Assembly: GCA_034419075.1 (NCBI GenBank)
Contig: DAOULR010000007.1
Coordinates: 802 to 64,801 of the forward strand
Direction of reading: 5' to 3'
Origin: Dehalococcoidales bacterium
GTDB lineage: Bacteria > Chloroflexota > Dehalococcoidia > Dehalococcoidales > BS750m-G39
Length of the DNA stretch: 64,000 nucleotides
Positions 8,006 through 17,425 of this stretch are shown here, piece after piece (position 1 is the stretch's first letter; each line of letters begins with the position of its first letter). Both the position numbers and the translations under genes were made by a program. The notes under the pieces were generated by a model. That model was given only the letters and a program-made list of their open reading frames with translations. It was not told the origin of the DNA and did no database searches.

Positions 8006-10096
8006 ATGGCAGACCTTCGCCAAAATACTCCGTCAGAGCCGGAAGTAGTCAGGGATGGTGCTTGCTATATGTGTGGTGAGTATTGTCCGACCAAGGTTCA
8101 CGTCCGCAATGGCAAAGCGGTCCAGATTGATATGCTAAATGAGCGTATAGCCAAAATATGCCCCCGCTGGAAGGCACAGCTGGACTTTGTCTACCATCCC
8201 GAGCGCTTGAAATATCCACTCAAGCGGGTTGGCGAGCGGGGCGAAGGTTCCTTCGAAAGAATATCCTGGGATGAGGCCCTGGACACCATAGCCAGCAGAT
8301 TACAGGGGATTAAGAAGGAATACGGGCCGGAGTCGGTCGTTTTCTATATCGCCTATACCAAGGAGCCCCGTCCTTATTTTCGTCGCCTGACCCATGCCTT
8401 TGGCTCCCCGAATTATTGCACCGAGACCAGTAGCTGTTTCTCGGCCGGTTGGTTAGCCGCTTCCCTGAACTACGGCAAGGACTACGGCTGGATTATTGGG
8501 AACTCCTTCCAGATCGACCCGTCCACCAAGTATCATCTGATATGGAGTTCCAGCGTGAAAAATTCGTCGCCTCGTCTCTGGCAGGACTATCTGGATGCCA
8601 AACAACGAGGGCTGAAGTTCATCGTGGTTGACCCGCGGCGTACCGAGATTGCCGCCATGGCCGATATTCATCTTCAGCTGCGACCGGGCACGGATGGCGC
8701 TCTGGCCCTGGGTATGATGAATGTGATTATCAACGAAGGACTCTACGATAAAGAATTCGTCGAGAAGTGGACGGTAGGCTTTGACGATTTGAAGCAGCTA
8801 GTGCAGGACTACCCGCCGGAGAAGGTAGCTGAGATAACCTGGCTTCCGGCTGACCAGATAAAGAAAGCAGCCATACTATTCGCTACCCAGAAACCGTCTA
8901 AAATCAGAACCAGCCCCGGCGCCACCCTCCACCACTATAACGGGGTGCAAACTACCCGAGCCATACTACTCTTATCAGCGCTGACCGGCAATTTTGAGGT
9001 GCCGGGCGGCAACCGCAAGGGCCTCGATTTCCCGCCTAGAAACGATATTACGCTAAAAGAGCGGGTAGCCGACTCCCCACCGGGTCTGGGCGCCGATAGA
9101 TTCCCGCTGTTTACCGAGATGTTCGGCGAAATGCAATCTAACGTCCTGGCGGACCGTATCGAAAGCGGGCAGCCTTATCCCATAAAGGCCCTCTTTGCCG
9201 CCGGCCTGAATCTACAGTTTTTCGCTAATTATAAGCGGCTGGTGGAGAACCTCAAGAAACTGGATTTTATTGTGGATACCGATTATTTTCATACGCCAGG
9301 CACGCAACTGGCCGATATAGTGCTACCCATTTCTTCATGGTTGGAGCGTTATATACTGCAAACCACGCCCACCGGTTTCGTCAGGCTGATAGAGCCGGCA
9401 ATAGAACCGGTAGGGGAGAGCTGGCCGGAATGGAAGATATTCTCCGAACTGGCCAAGAGATTGGGCTTCGGTCATGACTTCTGGGATGGTGATATTGAAA
9501 AGTGCTTTAGCTACATTCTGAAGCCGTCGGGCATTAGCCTTAAAGAATTGAGGGAGCACCCTGAGGGAATTCAATACCCGGCGCCTCCCCGGGCCGAAAA
9601 GTATTACGAAAAGGCTGGCTTTCAGACACCGTCGGGCAAGGTGGAGATTGCCTCGTCTATCTTAGCCGAGCACGGCTACGAACCACTGCCTGTTTACAAG
9701 GAGCCAATGGAAAGTCCCGTAAGCCGCCCGGACCTGGTGAAGTCTTTTCCCCTGATATTGACGTCAGGGGCACGAACCATCTATTTCACCCATTCGCAGC
9801 ACCGAAATTTAGCTAGATTACGCAAGATGGTGCCCGAGCCGCTGGTGGAGATAAATCCCGCCGACGCCGAGCCGCGCGGTATCCGTTCGGGCGACAGGGT
9901 AACCGTCAGTTCGCCGAGGGGCAGCATAGAGCTTGGTGCCAACGTTACCGATACGATACTAGCTGGCGTCGTTCACATTCCGCACCACTGGCCGGGGAAA
10001 GCGAACGTAAACACCCTTACCGATGATAAAAACCTGGACCCGATTTCGGGGTTTCCTACCTTCAAATCTCAACCCTGTCAGGTTGCCAAAGCTTAA
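8006..10096 (+). CDS. Molybdopterin (MopB-family) oxidoreductase, cytoplasmic type
   Basis: 696 aa from the ATG at 8006 (aaggaggag SD 7 nt upstream; the ORF track starts at 7985). N-terminal CxxCxxxC...C 4Fe-4S motif (CYMCGEYCPTK...CPRW). Length and order fit molybdopterin and C-terminal dinucleotide-binding domains. No RR twin-arginine signal. Confidence 0.85.
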   Translation: MADLRQNTPSEPEVVRDGACYMCGEYCPTKVHVRNGKAVQIDMLNERIAKICPRWKAQLDFVYHPERLKYPLKRVGERGEGSFERISWDEALDTIASRLQGIKKEYGPESVVFYIAYTKEPRPYFRRLTHAFGSPNYCTETSSCFSAGWLAASLNYGKDYGWIIGNSFQIDPSTKYHLIWSSSVKNSSPRLWQDYLDAKQRGLKFIVVDPRRTEIAAMADIHLQLRPGTDGALALGMMNVIINEGLYDKEFVEKWTVGFDDLKQLVQDYPPEKVAEITWLPADQIKKAAILFATQKPSKIRTSPGATLHHYNGVQTTRAILLLSALTGNFEVPGGNRKGLDFPPRNDITLKERVADSPPGLGADRFPLFTEMFGEMQSNVLADRIESGQPYPIKALFAAGLNLQFFANYKRLVENLKKLDFIVDTDYFHTPGTQLADIVLPISSWLERYILQTTPTGFVRLIEPAIEPVGESWPEWKIFSELAKRLGFGHDFWDGDIEKCFSYILKPSGISLKELREHPEGIQYPAPPRAEKYYEKAGFQTPSGKVEIASSILAEHGYEPLPVYKEPMESPVSRPDLVKSFPLILTSGARTIYFTHSQHRNLARLRKMVPEPLVEINPADAEPRGIRSGDRVTVSSPRGSIELGANVTDTILAGVVHIPHHWPGKANVNTLTDDKNLDPISGFPTFKSQPCQVAKA

Positions 10097-10120
10097 CATC
10101 AACGTGGTAAATCTAGCATC

Positions 10121-11248
10121 ATGTCAAACAGAGCCGATATAACCATTATCGGGGCGGGGGTAATCGGTTTAGCCATTGCCGCGCAGGTGGCGAAGGCAAA
10201 CCGACAGGTCTATGTTCTGGAGAAGAACGATAGCTTCGGGCTGGAAACGAGCAGCCGTCACAGCGGGGTGATTCACGCTGGCATCTACTATCCCCAAGGC
10301 TCATTAAAGGCTAGGCTTTGCGTCGAGGGCAACCGCAGGCTCTACGAACTCTGCCAGCGCTACGAAATTGGCCATAAAAGATTGGGGAAGCTAATCGTAG
10401 CTACCAATGATGAAGAGAGTGGGAGGTTAGAGACGCTGCTGGAGAGGGGGAAGAGTAATGGGGCCGAAGGCTTGAAGCTGATATCAAGGCGGGAACTAAA
10501 GGCAATTGAACCTAACGTGGCAGGGGTAGCGGCTATGCTGTCGCCTTCGAGCGGCATTATCGACTCCCACGGCTTGATGCAGTACTTCATCGCCAAAGCG
10601 GGGGAGGGGGGTGCCCAGATTGCCTACAAGACTAAGGTTGTTGGCATAGACAAGGTAAGCGACGGCTACAGAGTCACCGTCGAGGATAGCGGGGGAAAGT
10701 CCTCTTTTATCACCACGACGTTGGTCAACTCCAGCGGGCTTTACAGCGATAAGATAGCTGAGATGGCGGGGATAGCTATAGACGAGGCGGGCTACCGGCT
10801 GTACTATTGCAAGGGGGAATATTTCAGCCTGAGGAAACGACAGAGCACTAAGGTGAATCGGCTCATCTATCCAGTACCGCCATTGGATATCGTCGGCGTG
10901 GGCATACATATCACCTTCGATTTGGAGGGTCGTATGCGCCTGGGGCCGGATATCGAGTATGTGGATAGCCTGGACTACAGTGTCGACAGGCGTGACCAGA
11001 AGCTCTTCTGCATCTCGGTGAGGAAGTTATTACCCGCCATAGAATACGACGACTTGGCGCCGGAAGTGGCCGGCATCAGGCCCAAGCTGCAAGAGCCAGG
11101 CGGGGAAATCAGGGACTTCGTCATCAGAGAAGAAAGCGACAAGGGACTGCCGGGGTTCTTTAACCTCATCGGCATCGAATCTCCAGGGCTTACCGCAGCG
11201 CCGGCTATTGCCGAATATGTAAGCGGCTTAATCAGAGAGCGTATTTAG
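10121..11248 (+). CDS. FAD-dependent oxidoreductase, L-2-hydroxyglutarate oxidase (LhgO)-like
   Basis: GAGVIGLA dinucleotide fold at the N-terminus. SSRHSGVIHAGIYY motif characteristic of the LhgO/DAO family. Confidence 0.75.
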   Translation: MSNRADITIIGAGVIGLAIAAQVAKANRQVYVLEKNDSFGLETSSRHSGVIHAGIYYPQGSLKARLCVEGNRRLYELCQRYEIGHKRLGKLIVATNDEESGRLETLLERGKSNGAEGLKLISRRELKAIEPNVAGVAAMLSPSSGIIDSHGLMQYFIAKAGEGGAQIAYKTKVVGIDKVSDGYRVTVEDSGGKSSFITTTLVNSSGLYSDKIAEMAGIAIDEAGYRLYYCKGEYFSLRKRQSTKVNRLIYPVPPLDIVGVGIHITFDLEGRMRLGPDIEYVDSLDYSVDRRDQKLFCISVRKLLPAIEYDDLAPEVAGIRPKLQEPGGEIRDFVIREESDKGLPGFFNLIGIESPGLTAAPAIAEYVSGLIRERI

Positions 11249-11964
11249 AGCATCCCACTCAATATCTTCTCCCCAATCATCCCCAAAAGAAAGCCGAGGG
11301 CGGCACCCGTGGCTGGAGTCCAGTGGTTCCTCACCTTAGCCATGGGCGCGATGTCCTGAAAGACGATGTAGAGGATAGCGCCCGCCGAAAATACCATCAG
11401 GCAGGCGACCACTTCCTGGTGCCCGGAGAGAAACGAGTAGCCGGCAACGGCAGCAGCCACGCCCGCCAGACTGAAGGGGATGAGAACCACCAGCGCCTTG
11501 TTGGGCGAAAAGCCACTGCGCCGCAGGTCGCCGAAGGAGTTGTAGGCTTCAGGCAGGTTCTGCAGACCGATAAGCAGCGCCAGCAATAGGCCAGTCTTCC
11601 TGTCGGTAGAAAAGATTGCCCCCAGGGCGATGGCTTCGGGGATAAAGTCCATCATCATGGCCATGAGCTGGGCGGCCCTACCGCCGCGGCGAGCGATGAG
11701 CCTATCCAGTAGCAGGAAGCTGACCACGCCGAGCAGAAAGACAGGGATGAGAACGGCGAGGGAAAGCAACTCTATGCCGCGGGGGGCTAAGACGAAGGCG
11801 ACCGCCGCCACCAGGACCCCACCGCCGAAGGCAATGACGCCGTGGGAGATTTCCCGTCCCAGGGGGCTATCGGGCAGCAATTTAAGCCTGGCTAGAAAGC
11901 CGCCAAGGAGAACGGCCACGCCAGAGGCGAGCGAATATAAAACCACCTGTATGATATCCGACAT
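11245..11964 (-). CDS. ZIP-family divalent metal transporter
   Basis: 239 aa polytopic membrane protein. Conserved DFIPEAIALG and LQNLPEA motifs as in ZupT-type transporters. Confidence 0.75.
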   Translation of the reverse strand: MSDIIQVVLYSLASGVAVLLGGFLARLKLLPDSPLGREISHGVIAFGGGVLVAAVAFVLAPRGIELLSLAVLIPVFLLGVVSFLLLDRLIARRGGRAAQLMAMMMDFIPEAIALGAIFSTDRKTGLLLALLIGLQNLPEAYNSFGDLRRSGFSPNKALVVLIPFSLAGVAAAVAGYSFLSGHQEVVACLMVFSAGAILYIVFQDIAPMAKVRNHWTPATGAALGFLLGMIGEKILSGML

Positions 11965-12036
11965 GGCTACTAGTATAGCACAGTGAATGAAGCCTTCGCC
12001 TTGACGCCTAACACTTCCTCCCCTTAGAATAAACGC

Positions 12037-13380
12037 ATGTTTGAGGTACTAACCGACAAGCTGAGTGCCATATTTGGCCGCTTAAGCAGCCGGGGCAAAC
12101 TTAACGAGAAGGACATTGACGAAGCCCTGCGCCAGGTGCGCCTGGCCCTGCTGGAAGCAGATGTCAACTTCAAGGTAGTCAAGGACTTTATCGAGCGGGT
12201 GCGGGAGCGCTCGCTAGGCGCCGACGTTCTGGAGAGCCTGACCCCCGCCCAGCAGGTCATCAAAATCGTCAATGAAGAGCTGACCAAGACGCTGGGGGAG
12301 GGGGAGAGCAAGCTGGAGGCTGCTTCCCGACCGCCTACTGTGGTCATGCTGGTGGGGTTGCAGGGTTCGGGCAAGACCACCACCGCCGCCAAGCTGGCTC
12401 TGCACCTGAAGCACGGCGGTCAGAATCCCTTATTAGTCGCCGCCGACACCCGTCGGCCGGCGGGTATCGAGCAGCTGGCGGCGCTGGGCGAGCAGTTTGA
12501 GATCCCCGTCTACAAGGAGAAGCCGAGTTCAAAGAGCCAGGATATCTGCAGCCATGGCCTGAAGAAGGCCAAACAGCTGGGCGTGAGCTGGGTCATCGTC
12601 GATACCGCGGGGCGGATGCATATCGACGAGCCGCTGATGAAGGAGCTGGAGCAGGTCAAAAAAGAGCTGAAGCCCGACGAGGCACTGCTGGTGGTGGATG
12701 CCATGACCGGGCAGGACGCAGTGCAGATTGCCGAGCAGTTCCACTCACGATTGGGGCTGACCGGGCTCATCCTGACCAAGATGGACGGGGACGCGCGGGG
12801 TGGGGCGGCGCTTTCCATACGCTGGGTGAGCGGGGTGCCCATCAAGTTTATCGGCGTGGGCGAAAAGCCTGACGCCTTCGAGCCTTTCTATCCGGATAGG
12901 CTGGCATCGCGCATACTGGGCATGGGCGACATGCTGACCTTCATCGAGAAGGCGGAGAAGAGCTTTGACCAGAAGCAGCTCAAGGAGATGGAGAAGAAGG
13001 TCCGCACCGCCAGTTTCAACCTGGAAGACTTTCTCTCTCAGCTTGCCGAGCTACGCAAGATGGGACCGGTATCCAACCTGCTGGAGATGCTGCCGGGGGC
13101 TTCAAAGCTGGCCCGACAGCTACCCGCGGGCACGGAGGAGGAGCAGCTTAAGAAAATCGAGTCCATGATTTTCTCGATGACGCCTGAGGAGAGGCGCAAC
13201 CCCAATATCATTGACGGCAGCCGAAGGCGGCGTATCGCCAAGGGGAGTGGGTGCCGGACGCAGGACGTGAATCGGCTGCTCAACCAGTTCCAGCAGATGC
13301 GGAAGCTGATGAAGATGGGCATCGGGGGTAAGCTGAAGATGTCCAAGAATATGATGAAGATGTTTGGGCAGGGGGCTTGA
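12037..13380 (+). CDS. ffh: Signal recognition particle protein Ffh
   Basis: N domain (LxxALRxVRLALLEADV), G domain GLQGSGKTTT / DTAGR / TKMDGDARGG, and a Met-rich M domain at the C-terminus. Confidence 0.95.
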   Translation: MFEVLTDKLSAIFGRLSSRGKLNEKDIDEALRQVRLALLEADVNFKVVKDFIERVRERSLGADVLESLTPAQQVIKIVNEELTKTLGEGESKLEAASRPPTVVMLVGLQGSGKTTTAAKLALHLKHGGQNPLLVAADTRRPAGIEQLAALGEQFEIPVYKEKPSSKSQDICSHGLKKAKQLGVSWVIVDTAGRMHIDEPLMKELEQVKKELKPDEALLVVDAMTGQDAVQIAEQFHSRLGLTGLILTKMDGDARGGAALSIRWVSGVPIKFIGVGEKPDAFEPFYPDRLASRILGMGDMLTFIEKAEKSFDQKQLKEMEKKVRTASFNLEDFLSQLAELRKMGPVSNLLEMLPGASKLARQLPAGTEEEQLKKIESMIFSMTPEERRNPNIIDGSRRRRIAKGSGCRTQDVNRLLNQFQQMRKLMKMGIGGKLKMSKNMMKMFGQGA

Positions 13381-13406
13381 GCCAGCCCCCTTATTGAAGG
13401 TTTCTC

Positions 13407-13545
13407 CACCCACCTTACCACCCTGTTAGCGCACGTTTTATTTTCCCACCCAATACCCACCCTATAAGGGTGGTACCCCTTATATATCTCCCTTTGGGGG
13501 GTTGTGCCCCGCCCACCACACCACTCTGTCAGCGGACATATTATT
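13407..13545 (+). repeat. Intergenic repeat family, copy A, plus a partial second unit
   Basis: tgttagcgcacgttttattttCCCACCCaataCCCACCCtataaGGGTGGtaccccttatatatct is shared near-identically with 46321..46430 and 55081..55170. The following ccactctgtcagcggacatattattt resembles the 5' part of copy B and runs into the 3' end of the cupin gene. Confidence 0.85.
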
Positions 13546-13981
13546 TGGAGGGCTTGGGCTTTTGGGTGTACTGGCCACCGGTTACCACGGTGAAGTGGAA
13601 GATGGGGCGGTCAACACGCCTTATTATCAAGGGGCAGTGTTTCATCCCCGCCGGGATGAAGAGGAGGGAGCTTCTGTTGAGGATATGTTTTTCGTCTTCC
13701 AGCCAGATTTCGATTTCGCCGCCCAGGTCGTAGGGGTCATCGGCGTTACTGCCGAAGAAGCCGATAATCTCGTCAGAGTCATGGCTATGCGGCTCGCTTT
13801 CGGTCGTGGTTGAGGCTTTGCGGAACCAGGAAGTGTTCATATGAAAAGCCCCCTCGACGACGTTATCGTCCATCCACAAGATGCGGGTAGCATAGGTGGC
13901 GTAGAATTCGGCGATTTTTTGTTTGGATTCAGGAATCTTAAGCTCGGAGACGATGTATTTCCCGTACTTTGATTCTGGCAT
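13541..13981 (-). CDS. Cupin-fold protein of unknown function
   Basis: 146 aa. Cupin motif 1-like HSHDSDEIIGFFG and motif 2-like PAGMKH. Confidence 0.6.
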   Translation of the reverse strand: MPESKYGKYIVSELKIPESKQKIAEFYATYATRILWMDDNVVEGAFHMNTSWFRKASTTTESEPHSHDSDEIIGFFGSNADDPYDLGGEIEIWLEDEKHILNRSSLLFIPAGMKHCPLIIRRVDRPIFHFTVVTGGQYTQKPKPSK

Positions 13982-14009
13982 GAGGGGACTCCTTTAGGGG
14001 TGGTTTTTG

Positions 14010-15482
14010 TTATTCCAAATAGTCCTTGAGCCTGCGGCTGCGGCTGGGGTGGCGGAGCTTGCGCAGGGCTTTGGCTTCGATTTGGCGGATTCTTTCCCGC
14101 GTGACGTTAAACTCTTTACCAACCTCTTCTAAGGTACGACTGCGTCCATCCTCAAGGCCGAAGCGGAGCTGGAGCACTCTCTGCTCACGGGGGCTGAGGC
14201 TGGAGAGCACCGAGTCAATCTGCTCCTTGAGCAACTGCTTGGAGGCGGCGTCGGCGGGGGGCAGGGCGTTGCGGTCTTCGATAAAGTCACCCAGGTGGCT
14301 GTCTTCCTCCTCGCCCATGGGTGATTCCAGCGATATGGGTAGCTGGGAGACCTTGACGATTTCACCCACCTTTTCCGCCGAGATTTCCATCTCCTTGCCG
14401 ATTTCCTTGGCCGTAGGCTCACGGCCATGTTCCTGGGCCAAACGACGGCTGACCCGCAGCAGCTTATTGATAGTCTCTACCATGTGCACAGGGATGCGGA
14501 TGGTGCGTGCCTGGTCGGCGATGGCGCGGGTGATAGCCTGGCGAATCCACCAGGTGGCGTAGGTGCTGAACTTATAGCCCTTGCGGTAGTCGAACTTCTC
14601 CACCGCCCGCAGCAGCCCGATGTTGCCTTCCTGAATGAGGTCGAGCAGTGACATGCCCCGCCCGATGTGTTTCTTAGCCACGCTGACGACGAGGCGCAGG
14701 TTGGCCTCGGTGAGGTGGTTGGCCGCTTTTTCCGCCTCGCGCTCGATGTTATCCAGATAAGCCTGGAGCTGCGGCTCGTATTCGCCGATGGCCTTGATGC
14801 AGCTGGGCTTGGTCACCAGCACGGCTATGCCTGCCAGTGTGACCTTGGCGCCGATAGCCTCCAGTATTTCCTTGGGCAGCAGGGTGATGTTCAGGGAGAG
14901 ATCGGCCAGGAAAAGCTCGGTATCGGATATTGACTTCTCGGTCTGGTGGCTGATGGCCAGTATGAGCTGCGGTTTTATCTCGCCGTCGATGCTTTCCCGC
15001 AGTTTGGGGTTGGAGATGGTCTCCAGAAAACCATTGGCGGTTTCTATCTTGAGCTGTTCCTGGATGAGGTGGATGGTGGGGGTGGCCTGGGAAAGCTCCT
15101 CCAGTATGGCGATGATTATCTCGGTGGCCGAGGGGTCTCGGCCGTTTTTGAGCAGGTAGGCCTGTTTAATCTCCTTGATGCGCCGGCCTTCCTCCATCTT
15201 TCGCGCCAGGTATTTTTCCTCATCGGCGGTGAGCAGGTGCACCCGCCCGATTTCATGGAGGTACATGCGGACGGGGTCGTCCACTACCTCCTGTTCTTCA
15301 GTCTGCTCCAGGGGCGTTTCCGTCTCCGATTCCTGGTCCGTATCCTCTTTTTCGAAGTCTAGCTGCCTGGTCTCGCGCCAGAGCGTTGTTGATTCAGAGG
15401 AGTCGCCGTTATCGCTGTCTTCGTCTTCAGAGTCGTCTTCCCGCGGACGGAAGCGCCGATTCTCTTCTTTGTCGCTCTTCAT
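14010..15482 (-). CDS. rpoD: RNA polymerase sigma factor RpoD (sigma-70)
   Basis: Regions 1.2-4.2 are recognisable ([69 protein letters not shown]). Start chosen at the ATG 15482 with ggtgaggag SD; the ORF track extends to 15536. The acidic N-terminal region is unusually long. Confidence 0.93.
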   Translation of the reverse strand: MKSDKEENRRFRPREDDSEDEDSDNGDSSESTTLWRETRQLDFEKEDTDQESETETPLEQTEEQEVVDDPVRMYLHEIGRVHLLTADEEKYLARKMEEGRRIKEIKQAYLLKNGRDPSATEIIIAILEELSQATPTIHLIQEQLKIETANGFLETISNPKLRESIDGEIKPQLILAISHQTEKSISDTELFLADLSLNITLLPKEILEAIGAKVTLAGIAVLVTKPSCIKAIGEYEPQLQAYLDNIEREAEKAANHLTEANLRLVVSVAKKHIGRGMSLLDLIQEGNIGLLRAVEKFDYRKGYKFSTYATWWIRQAITRAIADQARTIRIPVHMVETINKLLRVSRRLAQEHGREPTAKEIGKEMEISAEKVGEIVKVSQLPISLESPMGEEEDSHLGDFIEDRNALPPADAASKQLLKEQIDSVLSSLSPREQRVLQLRFGLEDGRSRTLEEVGKEFNVTRERIRQIEAKALRKLRHPSRSRRLKDYLE

Positions 15483-15486
15483 CTCC

Positions 15487-17256
15487 TCACCCCCTTTGCT
15501 CCAGCCGCCACTGTCTTTTCTTGGCGAATGCCTCACGTAATTCGGTACTAATTTCTGTCCCTAATTCCTCAAGTTTAGCCAGCTCAGCAGTTTTACCTCC
15601 CAATTCGGCTTCCTGCGCGAGCACGGCTGCTCTTTTTGCCTCCAGACCCTTGAGGAAGATAATCTTCAGATCAAGAGTACACTCGGCGTATTTTTGCGCT
15701 ATCCTGTTGGGTGACAGACTTCTGCCCAGCAGGGCGTCAAGGTATTCGTGGGTGGCTGGGTCGAGCCTATCCCTCAACTCTTCTATTTTAGCACTCTCCC
15801 GCCGCGCAATAAAGATTTCACGGTTCTGGCTGCTTTCGAAGTACTCGGGCAGTAGTTCTTCATCCCCAATTTTAAGCTCGGGGTGCTGCAGAAGCAGCGA
15901 CAGGCAGTATTCCTCGACGGGATTGGAGAGGAGGGGTTGCAGGTCAGTTTCTGGCTTGGGTAAAGTCGCTGGCGCTCGCTTGGGCCTGATTTTGAGCCGG
16001 CTTAAAGCGGCTTCCACGCTGTGCTCGCTGACCTGCACCAGCTGGGCCAGCTTTTGCAGGTAATGCGCCTGGCGGATGGGGTCTTTGATTTCGGCGATCA
16101 TGGGCAGCAGCTTTTCCACAGCCAGCGATTTGTCCTTGGCCGTAGTCAAATCGAGCCCAGAGGCGACCATATTGAAGGTAAAATCGACCACGGGCAATGC
16201 TTTCTCTAATAGTTTTGGCCAGGCCTGTGGGTCTTCCTTGATAACGTCGTCGGGGTCCTTGCCTTGGGTCAGAATAACCACCTTGACCTCAGCTCCGAGG
16301 GCGTTTTCGAACTCGACGCCGCGCAGCATGGCTTCCTCACCCGCCGCGTCGGCATCGAGAGCCAGGGTGATGTTCTTGGTTATACGCTTCAATGTGCTGA
16401 CCTGCCTCTCGGTAACCGATGTCCCCATAGAGGCTACTACGTTTTTAAATCCGTTCTGGTGGGCGGTGATAACGTCCATGTAGCCTTCGACAATTACGGC
16501 CAGCCCCTGCTCTCTGATAGCCTCTTTAGCCAGGTTGACGGCATAGAGGCTGCCGCTTTTATCAAAGACAGGGGTCTGGGGGGAATTAATGTATTTGGGC
16601 AGGGAATCATCGAGCACCCTTGAGCCGAAGCCGATAACGCGGCCGCGGGCGTCGGCGATGGGGAACATGAGCTTATCGCGAAAGCGGTCGTGACTCTTCT
16701 TGCCCTCCTCGCCTTCAATGATTAAGCCAGCGGTAAGCATATCCTTTTCGTTGTAGCCTTTTTCGGTAAGGTATTTCTTCATTTCCTCCCAGCTGTTGAG
16801 GCTGTAGCCGAGCTGGAAGTTTTTGACGGTTTCATCGGTAAAACCGCGTTTCTCAACGTACTTTCGTGCCTTCTCTCCCGCCGGCGCATTGAGTATGCTC
16901 TGGAAATAGAGCGCCGCCGCCTGGTTAATCTCGTAGAGCTTTTGCCTCTCCTCGCTTTCGGCACCGGGCTCGAACTTCTTTGGGATAGTGACACCGGCTC
17001 TCTGGGCAAGCTCTCTTAGGGCCTCGCCGAAGTCGATGCCCTGCTTTTTCATAATGAAGGAGAAGACGTCGCCGCCGGTGTTGCAGCCGAAGCAGTGCCA
17101 GCTTTGCTGCTCGGGATAAACGTAGAAGGAGGGGTGTTTTTCACCGTGGAAGGGGCAGAGGCCGCGGAAGGTGCGGCCTGATTTGGTCAGGGTGATGTGC
17201 TGGCCGATGATGTCAATGATGTCTATCTTTTGCTTTACTTCGTCGATAACGCTCAT
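15487..17256 (-). CDS. dnaG: DNA primase DnaG
   Basis: Zinc-binding [11 protein letters not shown]...CFGC motif and TOPRIM region ([19 protein letters not shown]). Stop lies 5 nt before the rpoD start. Confidence 0.93.
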   Translation of the reverse strand: MSVIDEVKQKIDIIDIIGQHITLTKSGRTFRGLCPFHGEKHPSFYVYPEQQSWHCFGCNTGGDVFSFIMKKQGIDFGEALRELAQRAGVTIPKKFEPGAESEERQKLYEINQAAALYFQSILNAPAGEKARKYVEKRGFTDETVKNFQLGYSLNSWEEMKKYLTEKGYNEKDMLTAGLIIEGEEGKKSHDRFRDKLMFPIADARGRVIGFGSRVLDDSLPKYINSPQTPVFDKSGSLYAVNLAKEAIREQGLAVIVEGYMDVITAHQNGFKNVVASMGTSVTERQVSTLKRITKNITLALDADAAGEEAMLRGVEFENALGAEVKVVILTQGKDPDDVIKEDPQAWPKLLEKALPVVDFTFNMVASGLDLTTAKDKSLAVEKLLPMIAEIKDPIRQAHYLQKLAQLVQVSEHSVEAALSRLKIRPKRAPATLPKPETDLQPLLSNPVEEYCLSLLLQHPELKIGDEELLPEYFESSQNREIFIARRESAKIEELRDRLDPATHEYLDALLGRSLSPNRIAQKYAECTLDLKIIFLKGLEAKRAAVLAQEAELGGKTAELAKLEELGTEISTELREAFAKKRQWRLEQRG

Positions 17257-17302
17257 AGTATGGTTTTATTTTACTATAGATGGGGGGTGTCACCCAACAT
17301 CC

Positions 17303-17380
17303 CCCCACCTTGTATAGCGAAGGCTTTATTGTCCCACCCGTCCCACCCATTAGAGATGTAATCTCTATTTACTCTTCTTG
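17303..17380 (+). repeat. Intergenic repeat family, divergent copy D
   Basis: ccccaccttgtatagcgaaggctttattgtCCCACCCgtCCCACCCat followed by a different hairpin (tagagatgtaatctcta). The 5' half aligns with copies A-C. Confidence 0.6.
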
Positions 17381-17425
17381 GGGATGACGGCCTCCCCACC
17401 ACCCCAAATTCCTCGTTATCTATCT

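Noticed and set aside
13038-13460. ORFs beginning MGIGWEN... (also 54525..55127), or ending ...SHPIPTL (46061..46378, 54832..55134), that look like a conserved peptide
   Set aside because: The shared residues are just translations of the intergenic repeat core. The rest of each ORF is antisense or an upstream extension of real genes.
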